From a bacterium (GTDB lineage Bacteria > Sysuimicrobiota > Sysuimicrobiia > Sysuimicrobiales > Kaftiobacteriaceae): DNA of 64,000 nucleotides. Below, in pieces: positions 31,464 through 46,235 of the stretch (positions are counted from its first letter, which is position 1; the number at the start of each line of letters is the position of its first letter). The DNA is taken from positions 1 to 64,000 of the forward strand of contig JBIOWP010000084.1 in the NCBI GenBank assembly GCA_044868695.1, in the 5' to 3' direction. Under the pieces are notes generated by a model that did not search any database, was not told the origin of the DNA, and was given only the letters and a program-made list of their open reading frames with translations. A program made the translations under genes and the position numbers.

Positions 31464-32347
31464 ACAGCCACCAGGGCGAGGTCTCTAAGCACCGTCTGAA
31501 TCTGTTCTCTCTCTTTTGCGGTGGCGTCCACGAGCGGCAGCCGGGGGCGTCCGACCTCGAACCCGCTGAGATTAAGCGCGGCCTTGACCGGCACCGGGTT
31601 CGTCGTGATAAATAGTACTTTGAACAGCGGAAAGAGGCGCAGGTGAATCTGCAGCGCCTTGCGGCTCTCCCCGCGCTCGTAAGCGCGTACCATCTCCTGG
31701 ATGTCCGGTCCGACCAGGTGCGATGCGACGCTCACGATTCCCCGGCCGCCGACGGCCAGGATGGGGAGCGTGAGACTGTCGTCGCCACTGTAGATGTCGA
31801 ACGCGGCCGGCGTCTTGCGGCGGATCTCCGACGCCTGGTCGAGGCTGCCGCTGGCTTCCTTCACCGCGACGATGTTGGGAATCTCGGCCAGCGCGGCGAT
31901 CGTGTCGGGCGCGCAATTGACGCCGGTCCGGCCCGGGATGTTGTACAGCATGCAGGGTTTTTCGGTGGATTCGGCGATCGCCTTGAAGTGCGCGTGCAGC
32001 CCGTCCTGCGACGGTCTGTTGTAATACGGATTCACCAGCAGAAACCCGTCGGCGCCGGCACGACCCGCCTCTGTGGTCAGATGGATGGAGTGACGCGTGT
32101 CATTGGTCCCGGTGCCGGCCACCACGACCGCCCGTACGCCCACCGCCTCCTTGACCGTGCGGACCAGGCGGATCTTCTCTTCATCGGTGAGAGTGGGAGA
32201 CTCTCCGGTTGTCCCCGCGACCACCAGCCCATCTGATCCCGCGTCGGCGAGCCGCTTTGCCAGCGCCGCGGCCTGTCCGTAATCGACGGCTCCCGCGCCG
32301 TCGAACGGCGTCACCATGGCGGTCAGGACCCGACCGAAGCCCGACAT
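31460..32347 (-). CDS. dapA: 4-hydroxy-tetrahydrodipicolinate synthase
   Basis: TAMVTPF, GTTGESPTL, YNIPGRTG, AVKEASG. Confidence 0.96.
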   Translation of the reverse strand: MSGFGRVLTAMVTPFDGAGAVDYGQAAALAKRLADAGSDGLVVAGTTGESPTLTDEEKIRLVRTVKEAVGVRAVVVAGTGTNDTRHSIHLTTEAGRAGADGFLLVNPYYNRPSQDGLHAHFKAIAESTEKPCMLYNIPGRTGVNCAPDTIAALAEIPNIVAVKEASGSLDQASEIRRKTPAAFDIYSGDDSLTLPILAVGGRGIVSVASHLVGPDIQEMVRAYERGESRKALQIHLRLFPLFKVLFITTNPVPVKAALNLSGFEVGRPRLPLVDATAKEREQIQTVLRDLALVAV

Positions 32348-32365
32348 CTCTCTTCCCCCCTCGCC

Positions 32366-33610
32366 CTACCCTTCAGATTCGCGTTCTGAGGTCACGTCGT
32401 CCCCGAGGCCGAATTCGTCATGCAGCGCATTCAGCGCCCGCTGCAGCTGTTCTCGTCCGACCAGGCACGAGATCGTAGTGTGGGAGTCCGCCGTCTGCAG
32501 GATCTCCGTGCCGGCGGCGTGCAGCGCCTTCACCACGCGCGCCATCACGCCCGGCCGTCCGCGCATCCCGGCGCCGATAATCGAGACTTTGGCGCATGCG
32601 CTGCTGGTGTTCACTTGGAATCCGAGTTTGGTGAGTAGGTTGGCCGCCTGTGAGACGGCTTCCTCCTTGACGGTGAACACCAGGACCTCCGGAAGGAGGT
32701 TGATGAGGTCGATGCTGATGCCGTGCTCTGCCAGGGCGGCCAGCGCGCGCAACGGCCTGGACAGGTCTTCTCCCGGCCCCCGGGCAATTCTGACCTGCAC
32801 CACGTCGGGCAGGTGCGCCAGCGCCACGACCGGCCGGCCGTCGATGATCGGAACTCCGAGCTCTTGGCCTTTCACGATGATCGTCCCTCCGTCCGCGCTG
32901 CCCATGCGCCGGATGACGAGCTTCACGTTGTGGTCGCGCCCGATGTCCGCTGCGCGGGGGTGCAGAACCCGCGCCCCCAGCGCCGCCATTTGTGACACTT
33001 CGTCGTACGTGATTCGGCGGATCGGCCTGGCCGGCCCCACCAGTTTGGGGTCGGCGGTCATGATGCCCTCGACGTCTTTGTAGATCTCGACGACCTCAGC
33101 GTCCAGCGCCGCCCCCACCGCGACCGCCGTGGTATCACTGCCGCCCCGGCCGAGGGTGGTGATGTCCCCTTCGGGGGTCACGCCCTGAAATCCGGCGACG
33201 ACGACCACCTCCCCGCGCGCGAGGTGGCGGCGGGTCCGGCCGGAGTCGATGCTGAGGATGCGCGCGTCGTTGAACTCGTCGGTGGTAATGATCCCGGCCT
33301 GCGCGCCGGTCAGCGCGATCGCGGGGCAGCCGGCGCGGACGAGCGTGTGGGCGACCAGCGCGGTGGAAATCACCTCGCCGGTCGACAGGAGGAGGTCGAG
33401 CGTACGCGGGTCGATCTCGCCGCCGGCTTCGCGCATCAGTCCCACCAGGGTGTCGGTGGCGTAGGGATCTCCTTCGCGGCCGATCGCGGACACGACGACC
33501 ACAATCTGGCTCCCGCGCGCCCGGGTCGCGGTGACGAGGTCAGCGACCTGCGTCCGCCCCGAGCGCGTCGCGAGCAACGCGCCGCCGAATTTTTGAACAA
33601 CGACTCCCAT
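32366..33610 (-). CDS. Aspartate kinase
   Basis: QKFGG, GDPYATDTL, TTLGRGGSDTTA, C-terminal ACT domains; within the dap cluster. Confidence 0.94.
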   Translation of the reverse strand: MGVVVQKFGGALLATRSGRTQVADLVTATRARGSQIVVVVSAIGREGDPYATDTLVGLMREAGGEIDPRTLDLLLSTGEVISTALVAHTLVRAGCPAIALTGAQAGIITTDEFNDARILSIDSGRTRRHLARGEVVVVAGFQGVTPEGDITTLGRGGSDTTAVAVGAALDAEVVEIYKDVEGIMTADPKLVGPARPIRRITYDEVSQMAALGARVLHPRAADIGRDHNVKLVIRRMGSADGGTIIVKGQELGVPIIDGRPVVALAHLPDVVQVRIARGPGEDLSRPLRALAALAEHGISIDLINLLPEVLVFTVKEEAVSQAANLLTKLGFQVNTSSACAKVSIIGAGMRGRPGVMARVVKALHAAGTEILQTADSHTTISCLVGREQLQRALNALHDEFGLGDDVTSERESEG

Positions 33611-33627
33611 AGAGGACGACCGCGAGA

Positions 33628-34653
33628 CTAGGAGGTGACCCTCGACGTCACGACGTGCATGGCGACCAGATGCTCTGCGATCTGGACCGCGTTGAGCGCC
33701 GCGCCTTTCCGCAGGTTGTCGCAGGCGGCAAAGAAGGCCAGGAAGCCGGCCTCATCCGTCCGGATACGTCCCACCAGGCACGGGTCGCGGCCGGCGGCCG
33801 CGAGCGCCGTCGGGTAGCGGGCCGCGGAGGGATCGTCCACGACTTCCACGCCCGGGGCCGCGCTCAGCAGCGCGCGCGCCCGGGGCGCGTCCAGCCGCCG
33901 GTCGAACTCGGCGTGCACGGCGACGCCGTGGGCGACCAGCGTCGGCACCCGGACGCACGTCACCCCGACCGCGAGGGCGGGTGCGGAGAGCATCTTCCGC
34001 AGTTCGGCGGCCACTTTGATCTCTTCACTGAACCCGGCGTCCCGGAGCGATCCGACCGCCGGGATCACGTTCATCGCAATCGGGTGCGCGAACGCCGTCC
34101 CGCGAGGCTGGTCAGATGGCCGCCGGGCCGAGGCGGTTTCGTCGAGCTCGTTCCACAGCTGGTCCACCCCGCGCTGACCGGCTCCGGACGCCGACTGGTA
34201 CGAGCAGGCGACGACGCGGCGCAGCCCCGCGGCCCGGTGCAGCGGCGCCAGAGGGACGGCGATGGTCGCCGTGGTGCAGTTGGGGTTGGCGATGATTCGC
34301 CGCGGCGCGTCGCGGAGGGCTTCGGGATTCACCTCGGGGATGACCAGCGGCACGTCCGGGTCCATGCGAAAGGCGGCGGAGTTGTCGATCGCGATCGCGC
34401 CCGCCCCCACCGCCATGGGTACCCACTGCTCCGCCACATCGTCCGGCGTGTCGAACAGGACCAGATCGAGATCGCGAAACGCGTCTGCGGTGAGCTCGTC
34501 AACCCGTCGCGATCCGATCCGCGTCCCGGCCGACCGCGCGGACGCGAACAGCCGGACGGCCGCCGCGGGGAAGCGCCGCTCTTCCAGGATCCGCAGCACC
34601 TCCCGCCCGACGACGCCGGTCGCTCCCACGACTCCGACGCGATACCCGCTCAC
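33628..34653 (-). CDS. asd: Aspartate-semialdehyde dehydrogenase
   Basis: VGATGVVG, DNSAAFRM, NPNCTT, DNLRKGAALN. Confidence 0.96.
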   Translation of the reverse strand: MSGYRVGVVGATGVVGREVLRILEERRFPAAAVRLFASARSAGTRIGSRRVDELTADAFRDLDLVLFDTPDDVAEQWVPMAVGAGAIAIDNSAAFRMDPDVPLVIPEVNPEALRDAPRRIIANPNCTTATIAVPLAPLHRAAGLRRVVACSYQSASGAGQRGVDQLWNELDETASARRPSDQPRGTAFAHPIAMNVIPAVGSLRDAGFSEEIKVAAELRKMLSAPALAVGVTCVRVPTLVAHGVAVHAEFDRRLDAPRARALLSAAPGVEVVDDPSAARYPTALAAAGRDPCLVGRIRTDEAGFLAFFAACDNLRKGAALNAVQIAEHLVAMHVVTSRVTS

Positions 34654-34663
34654 GGTCCGGTTG

Positions 34664-35479
34664 TCAACTCCTCAACGTCAGTTCAAGGAGTTTCTCTAGG
34701 CCGTAGACCAGTCCTACTTGCGATCGGACCTTGCGCACGGCCAGGAGAAGGCCGGGCATGAACGACTCTTCGTTGATGGAATCGTGCCGGATGGTCAGCG
34801 TCTGGCCCTGACCGCCGAAGATGACCATCTGGTGCGCCACCAGCCCGGGGAGGCGGACGCTGTGCACAGGAATACCGTCCGCTCTGCCCCCGCGCGCGCC
34901 GGTCACCATTTCTTCTTCGCCCGCCGGTGCGGGTGGAATGCTGCGGGCAGAGGCGACCGCGGCGGCGGTTTTCAGTGCGGTCCCCGACGGCGCATCCCGC
35001 TTGCGGTCGTGATGGAGTTCGATGATCTCGGCGTGCGGGAAGTACTTCGCGGCGACGCGGGAGAACTCGATCATCAGGACAGCTCCGACCGCAAAATTGG
35101 GCGCGGCGACCGCGCCGACGCGCCGTGAGGCCGACAGCGCCGTGAGGCTCTCGAGGTCGGCCGCGGACATCCCGGTCGCACCGATGACGGGAGAGACTCC
35201 GACCGGGATGGCCGCCCTCGCGTGCTCCACGGCGGCCGTCCCAGGCGAGAAGTCAACGAGGACGTCAGGTTTGGCGTCGAGCAGGTCGGCGACGCTCGCG
35301 GTCACGCTGACGCCGAGCGATCCGGTCCCTGCGATGGTCCCGGCGTCCTGGCCGATGCCGCGCGAACGGCCGAGGGCGGCGACCAGCGTCATGTCCGGCT
35401 GGGCCGCGACCGCCCGCACCGCGGCCTTGCCCATCCGGCCGGCGGCGCCGGCGACCGCCACGCGGATCTTGTCCCCCAT
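34664..35479 (-). CDS. dapB: 4-hydroxy-tetrahydrodipicolinate reductase
   Basis: GAAGRMG, IELHHDRKRDAPSGTA; GGAGGTG RBS before ATG 35479. Confidence 0.96.
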   Translation of the reverse strand: MGDKIRVAVAGAAGRMGKAAVRAVAAQPDMTLVAALGRSRGIGQDAGTIAGTGSLGVSVTASVADLLDAKPDVLVDFSPGTAAVEHARAAIPVGVSPVIGATGMSAADLESLTALSASRRVGAVAAPNFAVGAVLMIEFSRVAAKYFPHAEIIELHHDRKRDAPSGTALKTAAAVASARSIPPAPAGEEEMVTGARGGRADGIPVHSVRLPGLVAHQMVIFGGQGQTLTIRHDSINEESFMPGLLLAVRKVRSQVGLVYGLEKLLELTLRS

Positions 35480-35517
35480 GGGACTCACCTCCACCCTCAA
35501 CCCTTCGAGACTGACTG

Positions 35518-35595
35518 GGGACCAGGGACCGGGGACCGGAGAAAGATGGAGTGCCGTTCGTCTAATCTGGTCCCTGGTCCCGGGTCCCTGGTCCC
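35518..35595. repeat. Inverted heptamer tandem-repeat hairpin
   Basis: (GGGACCR)x3 at 35518-35538 and (KGGTCCC)x4 at 35568-35595. Confidence 0.85.
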
Positions 35596-36911
35596 GCGGG
35601 TGTTTTCTGCGCCTTCTCTCCGACGTAGCGCTCGAAGGCTTTCCGCATGCCGGACCGCAGCGCTCCGTCGGAACGGAACGGGCCGATGGCCGCCATGGAC
35701 AGCGCTCCGGGGCGGAAGAGGTCGTCGGCGGCGCGTTGCACATCGTCGGCGGTGACGGCATCGACTTTCGAGATCAACTCGTCGAGCGTGACGTGCCGGC
35801 CGTGGTAGATCTCCGATCTGGCCAGCATCGACATCCGGCTGCCGGTGCTCTCCAACCCCAGCATGAGGCCGCCCTTGAGCGACTCTTTGGCGCGGCGGAG
35901 CTCCGCGGCGTCCGGTGGGTGTGCTTTGACCTTCTCGATCTCGTCGATGACGAGGCGGATGACCTCGGGGCCGGCATCGGGACTCATCCCGGCATAGATG
36001 ACGAACAGGCCGCCGTCACGGTACGACGCCGCGTACGACGAGATGCTGTACACCAGCCCCCGCCGCTCTCGGATCTCCTGGAACAACCGTGAGCTCATGC
36101 CGCCGCCCAGCAGGTGGTCCAGGACGGACAGCGCGTAGCGCCGCGGATCCGCCTGGCTCAGTCCCTGCGTGCCCAGGCATAGGTGGACCTGTTCCGTTTC
36201 CTTCGTGCGGGTGGAGAGGCCGGCCTGCGGCTGCGGCGGCGCCTGCGGCACGACGGACGCGGCCCCCGCCCACCCGCCGAAGTGAGCGGCGATGAGCGAT
36301 TCGACCTGCGCGTGTTCCAGCTGCCCGGCCGCGGCAATCACCACGTTGGTAGGCCGGTAGAACCGCTCGATGTAGGAGAGGAAGTCATCGCGGGTCAGGG
36401 CGCCGACGGTCTGCAGGGTGCCGATCACCGGCCGGCCGAGCGGGTGCCTGTTCCACACCGTCTGGGCGAGCAGGTCCTGGACCAGCTCATCCGGAGAGTC
36501 CTCATAGCTCTTGATCTCCTCGGTGATGACCTGCCGCTCGCGCTCGATGTGTTCCGGGGTCAGCGTGGAGTGGAGCAGCATGTCCGCGTAGATCTCCAGC
36601 GCACGGTCCAGGTGCGTGCTCAGCACCTTCAGATAGAAGACGGTCTGCTCACGATCGGTGAATGCGTTCATCTGGCCGCCGATGTCGTCGACGGCCTGCG
36701 CGATTTCCAGCGCCGACCGCGTCGCGGTGCCTTTGAAGAAGAGATGCTCGAGAAAGTGTGAGATGCCGTGGTGCTCAGACGGCTCGAAGCGCGAGCCGGC
36801 CCCCACCCAGATACCGACGGCGGTCGTGCGGACGTGCGGAATCTGCTCGGTGAGCACACGGATGCCGCCCAGCAGCGTGCTCTTGGTGACCGTTCCCGGC
36901 GGCGGCTCCAT
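35562..36911 (-). CDS. M16-family zinc peptidase
   Basis: HFLEH inverted zinc motif, MNAFT, MSSRLFQEIRERRGLVYS; follows pnp. Confidence 0.93.
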   Translation of the reverse strand: MEPPPGTVTKSTLLGGIRVLTEQIPHVRTTAVGIWVGAGSRFEPSEHHGISHFLEHLFFKGTATRSALEIAQAVDDIGGQMNAFTDREQTVFYLKVLSTHLDRALEIYADMLLHSTLTPEHIERERQVITEEIKSYEDSPDELVQDLLAQTVWNRHPLGRPVIGTLQTVGALTRDDFLSYIERFYRPTNVVIAAAGQLEHAQVESLIAAHFGGWAGAASVVPQAPPQPQAGLSTRTKETEQVHLCLGTQGLSQADPRRYALSVLDHLLGGGMSSRLFQEIRERRGLVYSISSYAASYRDGGLFVIYAGMSPDAGPEVIRLVIDEIEKVKAHPPDAAELRRAKESLKGGLMLGLESTGSRMSMLARSEIYHGRHVTLDELISKVDAVTADDVQRAADDLFRPGALSMAAIGPFRSDGALRSGMRKAFERYVGEKAQKTPAGPGTRDQGPD

Positions 36912-36934
36912 CCCCCGTGAGTGCCCGGAAATGC

Positions 36935-39175
<2,241 letters not shown>

Positions 39176-39217
39176 GGAGCCCTCCTAGGGACGTACCTGC
39201 ACAGACCTGACAGGTAA

Positions 39218-39243
39218 ATGGGAGCGGGTACCCCCGCTCCCAT
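39218..39243 (-). terminator. Hairpin between rpsO and pnp (terminator or processing stem)
   Basis: 11-bp stem ATGGGAGCGGG / CCCGCTCCCAT with a weak U tract. Confidence 0.5.
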
Positions 39244-39287
39244 CACCACACCGCACGCGCCAGACCAGCTGTCGAAGACGAACCGGG

Positions 39288-39557
39288 TTATCGACGCAGG
39301 CCAAGGGAGTCGACGATCTGGCGGTACCGATCGACGTCGGTCCGCATCAGATAGGCAAGGAGTTGGCGGCGCTGGCCGACCATTTTCAGCAACCCCCGCC
39401 GGGAGTGGATGTCCTTCTTGTGGGCGGTCAGGTGCTCCGTCAGCTGAGTAATGCGCTCGGTGAGCAGCGCAATCTGCACTTCTGGTGAGCCCGTATCGCC
39501 ATCGTGCCGCTTGAACTTTCCCATGATCTCCTTCTTGGATTCCTTGGCTAACACCAC
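39288..39557 (-). CDS. rpsO: 30S ribosomal protein S15
   Basis: [13 protein letters not shown] and [16 protein letters not shown]. Confidence 0.98.
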   Translation of the reverse strand: MVLAKESKKEIMGKFKRHDGDTGSPEVQIALLTERITQLTEHLTAHKKDIHSRRGLLKMVGQRRQLLAYLMRTDVDRYRQIVDSLGLRR

Positions 39558-39667
39558 GCCTCAACCCCCACCACACCGTCAGATCGCGTCATGAAAAAAT
39601 CGACTCACCGAGGGGGCCGCCGGGGCACGGACCTCCCAGCTATCGACGCCTCAGACTATCGTAGCAC
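39558..39667 (-). promoter_or_regulatory. rpsO promoter (extended -10) and possible structured S15 leader
   Basis: TGcTACGAT at 39666-39658 followed by a GC-rich segment able to fold; autoregulatory role inferred from position only. Confidence 0.4.
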
Positions 39668-39706
39668 ACCCGTTTCTGCTGTGCCAGCGGAAGCTCGCCC
39701 GGGCAC

Positions 39707-40687
39707 TCACGGCGCGCTCGCCCGCCGCCTGACGTCCGGTTCCGATGCCAATCGCGAGGCCGACGCCGCCAGGGCCTGCGGGATTCCGGCCACGTCCGCG
39801 CGGATCTGGCTGATCAGGGCCTCGACGGACGGGAAGGCCACCTCGTCGCGCAGCCGAGCCGCGAGATGCAGTTCGAGCGATGCGCCGTACAGATCTCCTT
39901 CGAAGTCCAGCAGGTAGGCTTCCACCGCCAGCGCGCCCGGGCCGAAGGTCGGCCGCGTCCCGATGTTGACCGCGGCCGGGTGCGCGCCGGTCGCGGTGCC
40001 GGCATGTGCCGCGTAGATGCCGGCCGCGGGAATGAGCTTGCCGGCGGGCAGGCTCACGTTTGCCGTGGGAAACCCCAACCCTCGCCCCCGGCCGTCTCCA
40101 TGGACGACCACGCCCCGCAGCGCGTACCAGCGGCCGAGCAGCCGGCCGGCGTCGTCGACACGGCCCTGCTGGAGCAGGCTCCGGACACGCGTGCTGCTGA
40201 CCGGGCCGCCGTCCACCTCCACGGGGCCGTTCACCAGTACGTGAAACCCGAACTGTCTGGCCAGATGCGCAAGCACCCGCGCATCGCCCGTGCGATCGCG
40301 TCCGAACGTGTAGTTGGGCCCGCACACGGCTTCCACCAGCCCGGTCGACGTGACGAGGGCTGCGACCCACTCCCCGGCCGGCATCCTCCGGAACGCTTCG
40401 TCGAAGCGGACGACCACGGCCAGGTCGACGCCCAACCCCGCGAGCAGCTCGAGACGCTCGTCCAGCGTGGTGAGGAGGACGGCGCCCGATTCCGGGGTCA
40501 GGAACGTGCGGGGATGCGGGTCGAACGTAAACACCGCGCACCGGCCGTCACGCTCACGGGCCCGCCGCATCGCCGTGCCGATCAACGCCTGGTGCCCGCG
40601 GTGCACCCCGTCAAACGTGCCCAGGGCTGCCACAACGGGCACGCGCTGTTTGGAAAACGACTCGAGGCCGTGAATGACTTCCATCAA
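39707..40687 (-). CDS. ribF: Riboflavin kinase / FAD synthetase
   Basis: GTFDGVHRGH, VSSTRVR, GRGLGFPTAN, NIGTRPTF. Confidence 0.96.
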   Translation of the reverse strand: MMEVIHGLESFSKQRVPVVAALGTFDGVHRGHQALIGTAMRRARERDGRCAVFTFDPHPRTFLTPESGAVLLTTLDERLELLAGLGVDLAVVVRFDEAFRRMPAGEWVAALVTSTGLVEAVCGPNYTFGRDRTGDARVLAHLARQFGFHVLVNGPVEVDGGPVSSTRVRSLLQQGRVDDAGRLLGRWYALRGVVVHGDGRGRGLGFPTANVSLPAGKLIPAAGIYAAHAGTATGAHPAAVNIGTRPTFGPGALAVEAYLLDFEGDLYGASLELHLAARLRDEVAFPSVEALISQIRADVAGIPQALAASASRLASEPDVRRRASAP

Positions 40688-41614
40688 TCAATCACGCAGT
40701 ACCTTGACCGGCTTCAGCATGCCTTCCTCAACCTTCGCAATGGCTACGAGGCCATGGTGGTCCCGCAGGCGCACCAGCTTCGCCCCGACCAGCCGCTGCC
40801 AGTGGGCGATGCGGAACAGCGGAATGGGTTGTCCGTGCACCACGGACTGCCGCTGCGGGGGCAGCAGGTCGACGGCCGGGAGTTCCGGCAGGGCGTCGTC
40901 CATCCCGAGGATCGCCTGCGCCAGCTCCCCCTGATCCGCGAGTGCGCGCAGCTCTTCCAGGGTGAAGGACGATGCCAGTTCGTATCGCCCGACCCTAGTG
41001 CGGACCATGAACGAGGCGTAGGCGCCGCAGCCCAGGACCTCGCCCAGGTCCGCGCACAGCCGCCTGATGTAGGTGCCTTTCGAGCAGGCAACATGCAGCA
41101 CGGCGCGGGGTGGCGGCCCAGGACGAAACTCGCGGAGTTCCAACTGGTAGATGCGCACCCGTCTGGGCGGCGCGTCCACGACCGCGCCTGAGCGGGCCAA
41201 TTCGTACAGCCGCCGGCCGCCGACGTGGACCGCAGACGCCATCGGCGGGATCTGCTGGATCTCACCTGTGAAACGGGGCAGCGCGCCGGCGACCTGCGGC
41301 GCGTCGAGCGTGTCCGCCGGTCCCTCCTGGATGGTGACCCCGTAGGCATCGCCGGTGTCGGTGGACCGTCCGAACGTGACCTCGACGCGATACTCCTTGT
41401 CGGCATCGGTCAGGAACTCGGCGATCCGGGTCGCGTGGTTCAGGGCCAGGACGAGGACGCCGCTGGCGCCGGGATCGAGTGTGCCCGTATGCCCCACCCT
41501 CCGGGTCCGTGCAAGCAGGCGGACGGCATCGACCACATCGTGCGAGGTCATGCCGACCGGTTTGCACAGGTTGAGCACTCCGTCCGGCGACGGCGCGGAT
41601 GGGACGGCGGGCAT
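40688..41614 (-). CDS. truB: tRNA pseudouridine(55) synthase
   Basis: KPVGMTSHDVV, GHTGTLDP, CSKGTYIR. Confidence 0.96.
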   Translation of the reverse strand: MPAVPSAPSPDGVLNLCKPVGMTSHDVVDAVRLLARTRRVGHTGTLDPGASGVLVLALNHATRIAEFLTDADKEYRVEVTFGRSTDTGDAYGVTIQEGPADTLDAPQVAGALPRFTGEIQQIPPMASAVHVGGRRLYELARSGAVVDAPPRRVRIYQLELREFRPGPPPRAVLHVACSKGTYIRRLCADLGEVLGCGAYASFMVRTRVGRYELASSFTLEELRALADQGELAQAILGMDDALPELPAVDLLPPQRQSVVHGQPIPLFRIAHWQRLVGAKLVRLRDHHGLVAIAKVEEGMLKPVKVLRD

Positions 41615-41626
41615 GTGCACGGGCCG

Positions 41627-41696
41627 GGTGTCAGGGGTCGGAGGTCGGCAATGGCGCCGGGTCCGCTCTGACCCCAGACCCCCGACCCCCGATCCC
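41627..41696. repeat. Inverted heptamer tandem-repeat hairpin inside the nrnA 3' end
   Basis: GGTGTCA GGGGTCG GAGGTCG ... TGACCCC AGACCCC CGACCCC CGATCCC. Confidence 0.8.
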
Positions 41697-42659
41697 CATC
41701 TCCCGCAGTTCGTTCTCTGCTGCGGCCAGGGTCGTCGCGAGCACCTGGTCCAGCGGGCCGGCGCGGGTGAACCCAGCGGCGCCCTGGTGTCCTCCTCCGC
41801 CGAACGCCTCCGCAATCACGTTCGACCTGACACCGTCTCGCGACCGGATCCCCACCCGGATCCCCTGGGCGGTCTCCTCGAACAGCAGGGCCGCCCGGAC
41901 GCCCCGGATCTGGCGAAGCATGCCGACGATGCCGGTCGTGTCTTCCGGCACCGCCCCGGCCTCCTGCAGCATCTGTGGCGTGACCACCGTCCACGCCATC
42001 TGTCCGTCCGCGGACAGCCTCAGGGATGCCAGGGCCATGCCCAGCAGGCGCAGGCCGCCCGGGCTGCGGGTTTCATAGACACGCTCCACGATCTCGGGGA
42101 CCGACCCGCCCGCGTCCACGAGGTCGGCAGCCAACCGAAGGGACCTGGCTCCTGTGTTGGGATAGCGGAAGCTGCCGGTGTCGGTGACGATGGCGGTGAG
42201 CAGGCACTGTGCGATCTCGCGGTCGATCGCGACGCGCAGTGCCTGGATCACTTTGGTCACCTGCTCGCCGACCGCAGCCGCGGTGGTGTCCCAATAGACG
42301 ATGTGGCCGTAGCCGGCGTTGCTGACGTGGTGGTCGATATTGATCAGCGTGCCTGCGCGGGTGAGGGCCGGCGCGAACGTCCCGGCCCGGTCCGGGGTGC
42401 TGCACTCGACGGCGACGGCCGCGTCGGCGGGGTCGGCGGGCGGCGCGGTGAGAATGCGGTCGGCCCCCGGCAGAGTGAGGAACGCGTCAGGGACGCCGTC
42501 GGAACTTCCGACCTGCGCGCTGATCCGCAGACGCGCCAGCGCCAGCCGCAGCGCCAGCGCCGACCCCAGGCAGTCGCCGTCGGGCGCGACGTGGCAGGCG
42601 ATGAGCACGTTACGGCTTTTTCGGAGTCTTGCCGCGATCTGGTGTGGAAGCTCGGTCAT
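41631..42659 (-). CDS. nrnA: DHH/DHHA1 oligoribonuclease / PAP phosphatase
   Basis: HVAPDGDCLGS, NIDHH, TDTGSF, GGGGH. Confidence 0.92.
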   Translation of the reverse strand: MTELPHQIAARLRKSRNVLIACHVAPDGDCLGSALALRLALARLRISAQVGSSDGVPDAFLTLPGADRILTAPPADPADAAVAVECSTPDRAGTFAPALTRAGTLINIDHHVSNAGYGHIVYWDTTAAAVGEQVTKVIQALRVAIDREIAQCLLTAIVTDTGSFRYPNTGARSLRLAADLVDAGGSVPEIVERVYETRSPGGLRLLGMALASLRLSADGQMAWTVVTPQMLQEAGAVPEDTTGIVGMLRQIRGVRAALLFEETAQGIRVGIRSRDGVRSNVIAEAFGGGGHQGAAGFTRAGPLDQVLATTLAAAENELREMGIGGRGSGVRADPAPLPTSDP

Positions 42660-43005
42660 GCCCGGTGTCCTTGGCCACCTCGCGGATCAGGGTGACGATC
42701 CGCGTGCCGCGCTCGATGGATTCGTCGAGCCGGAAGAGGATCTCCGGCGCGAACCGCATCTGCAGACGCCGGCCCAGCTCGCCCCGGACATAGCCCTGCG
42801 CGCTCTCCAGGCCGGCCATCGTGTCGGACTTGGCCTGCGCGTCCCCCAGCACGCTGACGAAGACCTTCGCGTGGCGCAGGTCGACGCTGACCTCCACGTC
42901 CGTCACCGACACAAACCCGATGCGCGGGTCTTTCAGCTGGTGCTGGATGATGTCGCTGACCTGTTCTTTGATGAATTCCCGAACCTTCTCCGGGCGATGG
43001 GACAT
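42610..43005 (-). CDS. rbfA: Ribosome-binding factor A
   Basis: KDPRIGFVSVTDVEVSVDLRHAKVFVS and MRFAPEILF. Confidence 0.95.
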   Translation of the reverse strand: MSHRPEKVREFIKEQVSDIIQHQLKDPRIGFVSVTDVEVSVDLRHAKVFVSVLGDAQAKSDTMAGLESAQGYVRGELGRRLQMRFAPEILFRLDESIERGTRIVTLIREVAKDTGHDRASTPDRGKTPKKP

Positions 43006-43026
43006 GTGCGTACCCTCTCGCGTTGA

Positions 43027-43308
43027 TCACCGCAGCTCCATGTCGAAGTGGACGACCACCATCTCGGTTTCCCGTTCCACTCGTGACATCACGCGGGACA
43101 GGATCTGGTTGGCGTGCCGCGCCTCGCTGCTGACGCAGGTCACAGCCAGGTGGGCATGACGGTGGTTGTCCTGCGCGTCGACCTCGGCCGCGGCGATGTT
43201 GAATTCGTTGTGCAGCCGGTCCAACAGGCTCTTCACCAGCCGCCGCTTGTCTTTCAGGCTCTGGCTGGCCGGCAAACTCAGTTCCACCTGCAGGACGCCG
43301 ATGACCAT
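43027..43308 (-). CDS. DUF503 (YlxP) protein
   Basis: SLKDKRRLVKSL and FNIAAAEV; position between infB and rbfA. Confidence 0.9.
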   Translation of the reverse strand: MVIGVLQVELSLPASQSLKDKRRLVKSLLDRLHNEFNIAAAEVDAQDNHRHAHLAVTCVSSEARHANQILSRVMSRVERETEMVVVHFDMELR

Positions 43309-43320
43309 GACCGCGACTAC

Positions 43321-43409
43321 AGGGAACAAGGGATCGAGGGAACGAGGGAACACGGGACCGCCCGACGTGGCTTCCTTGGTTCCCTCGTTCCCTGGTTCCC
43401 TCGTTTCCT
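43321..43409. repeat. Inverted octamer tandem-repeat hairpin
   Basis: AGGGAACR-like x5 (43321-43360) and SGTTCCCT-like x5 (43370-43409). Confidence 0.88.
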
Positions 43410-43412
43410 GAC

Positions 43413-45872
<2,460 letters not shown>

Positions 45873-45875
45873 CGG

Positions 45876-46235
45876 TTACCTGTCCTCCGGTCCAGGCGCC
45901 CTCAATGGGCGTCCGCCTGACGGAATTCTGATCACACGCGGTTCGCCGGCTCCGGACTGCACGGCCGCCGCCGATGCGGCAACCTGCAGCAGCTCTGCCT
46001 CCAGCGATGCGGGGACCGCGGACTCCAGAGCGTGCTGCAGGCGGCCCTCCCGGACCCCGGTCGCCACACAGCTCGCCGTCGGACACACATATGCGCCGCG
46101 GCCCGACAGCTTGCCGGTCGGATCCACGGCGACGTCGCCCGAGCCGGTCCGGACAACGCGCACGAGCTCCCTCTTAGGCCGCATCTGCTGGCAGGCCACG
46201 CACATCCGCGTCGGGATCTTTCGGGTCCTAGGCAT
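45876..46235 (-). CDS. ylxR: YlxR (DUF448) RNA-binding protein
   Basis: [24 protein letters not shown]. Confidence 0.92.
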   Translation of the reverse strand: MPRTRKIPTRMCVACQQMRPKRELVRVVRTGSGDVAVDPTGKLSGRGAYVCPTASCVATGVREGRLQHALESAVPASLEAELLQVAASAAAVQSGAGEPRVIRIPSGGRPLRAPGPEDR

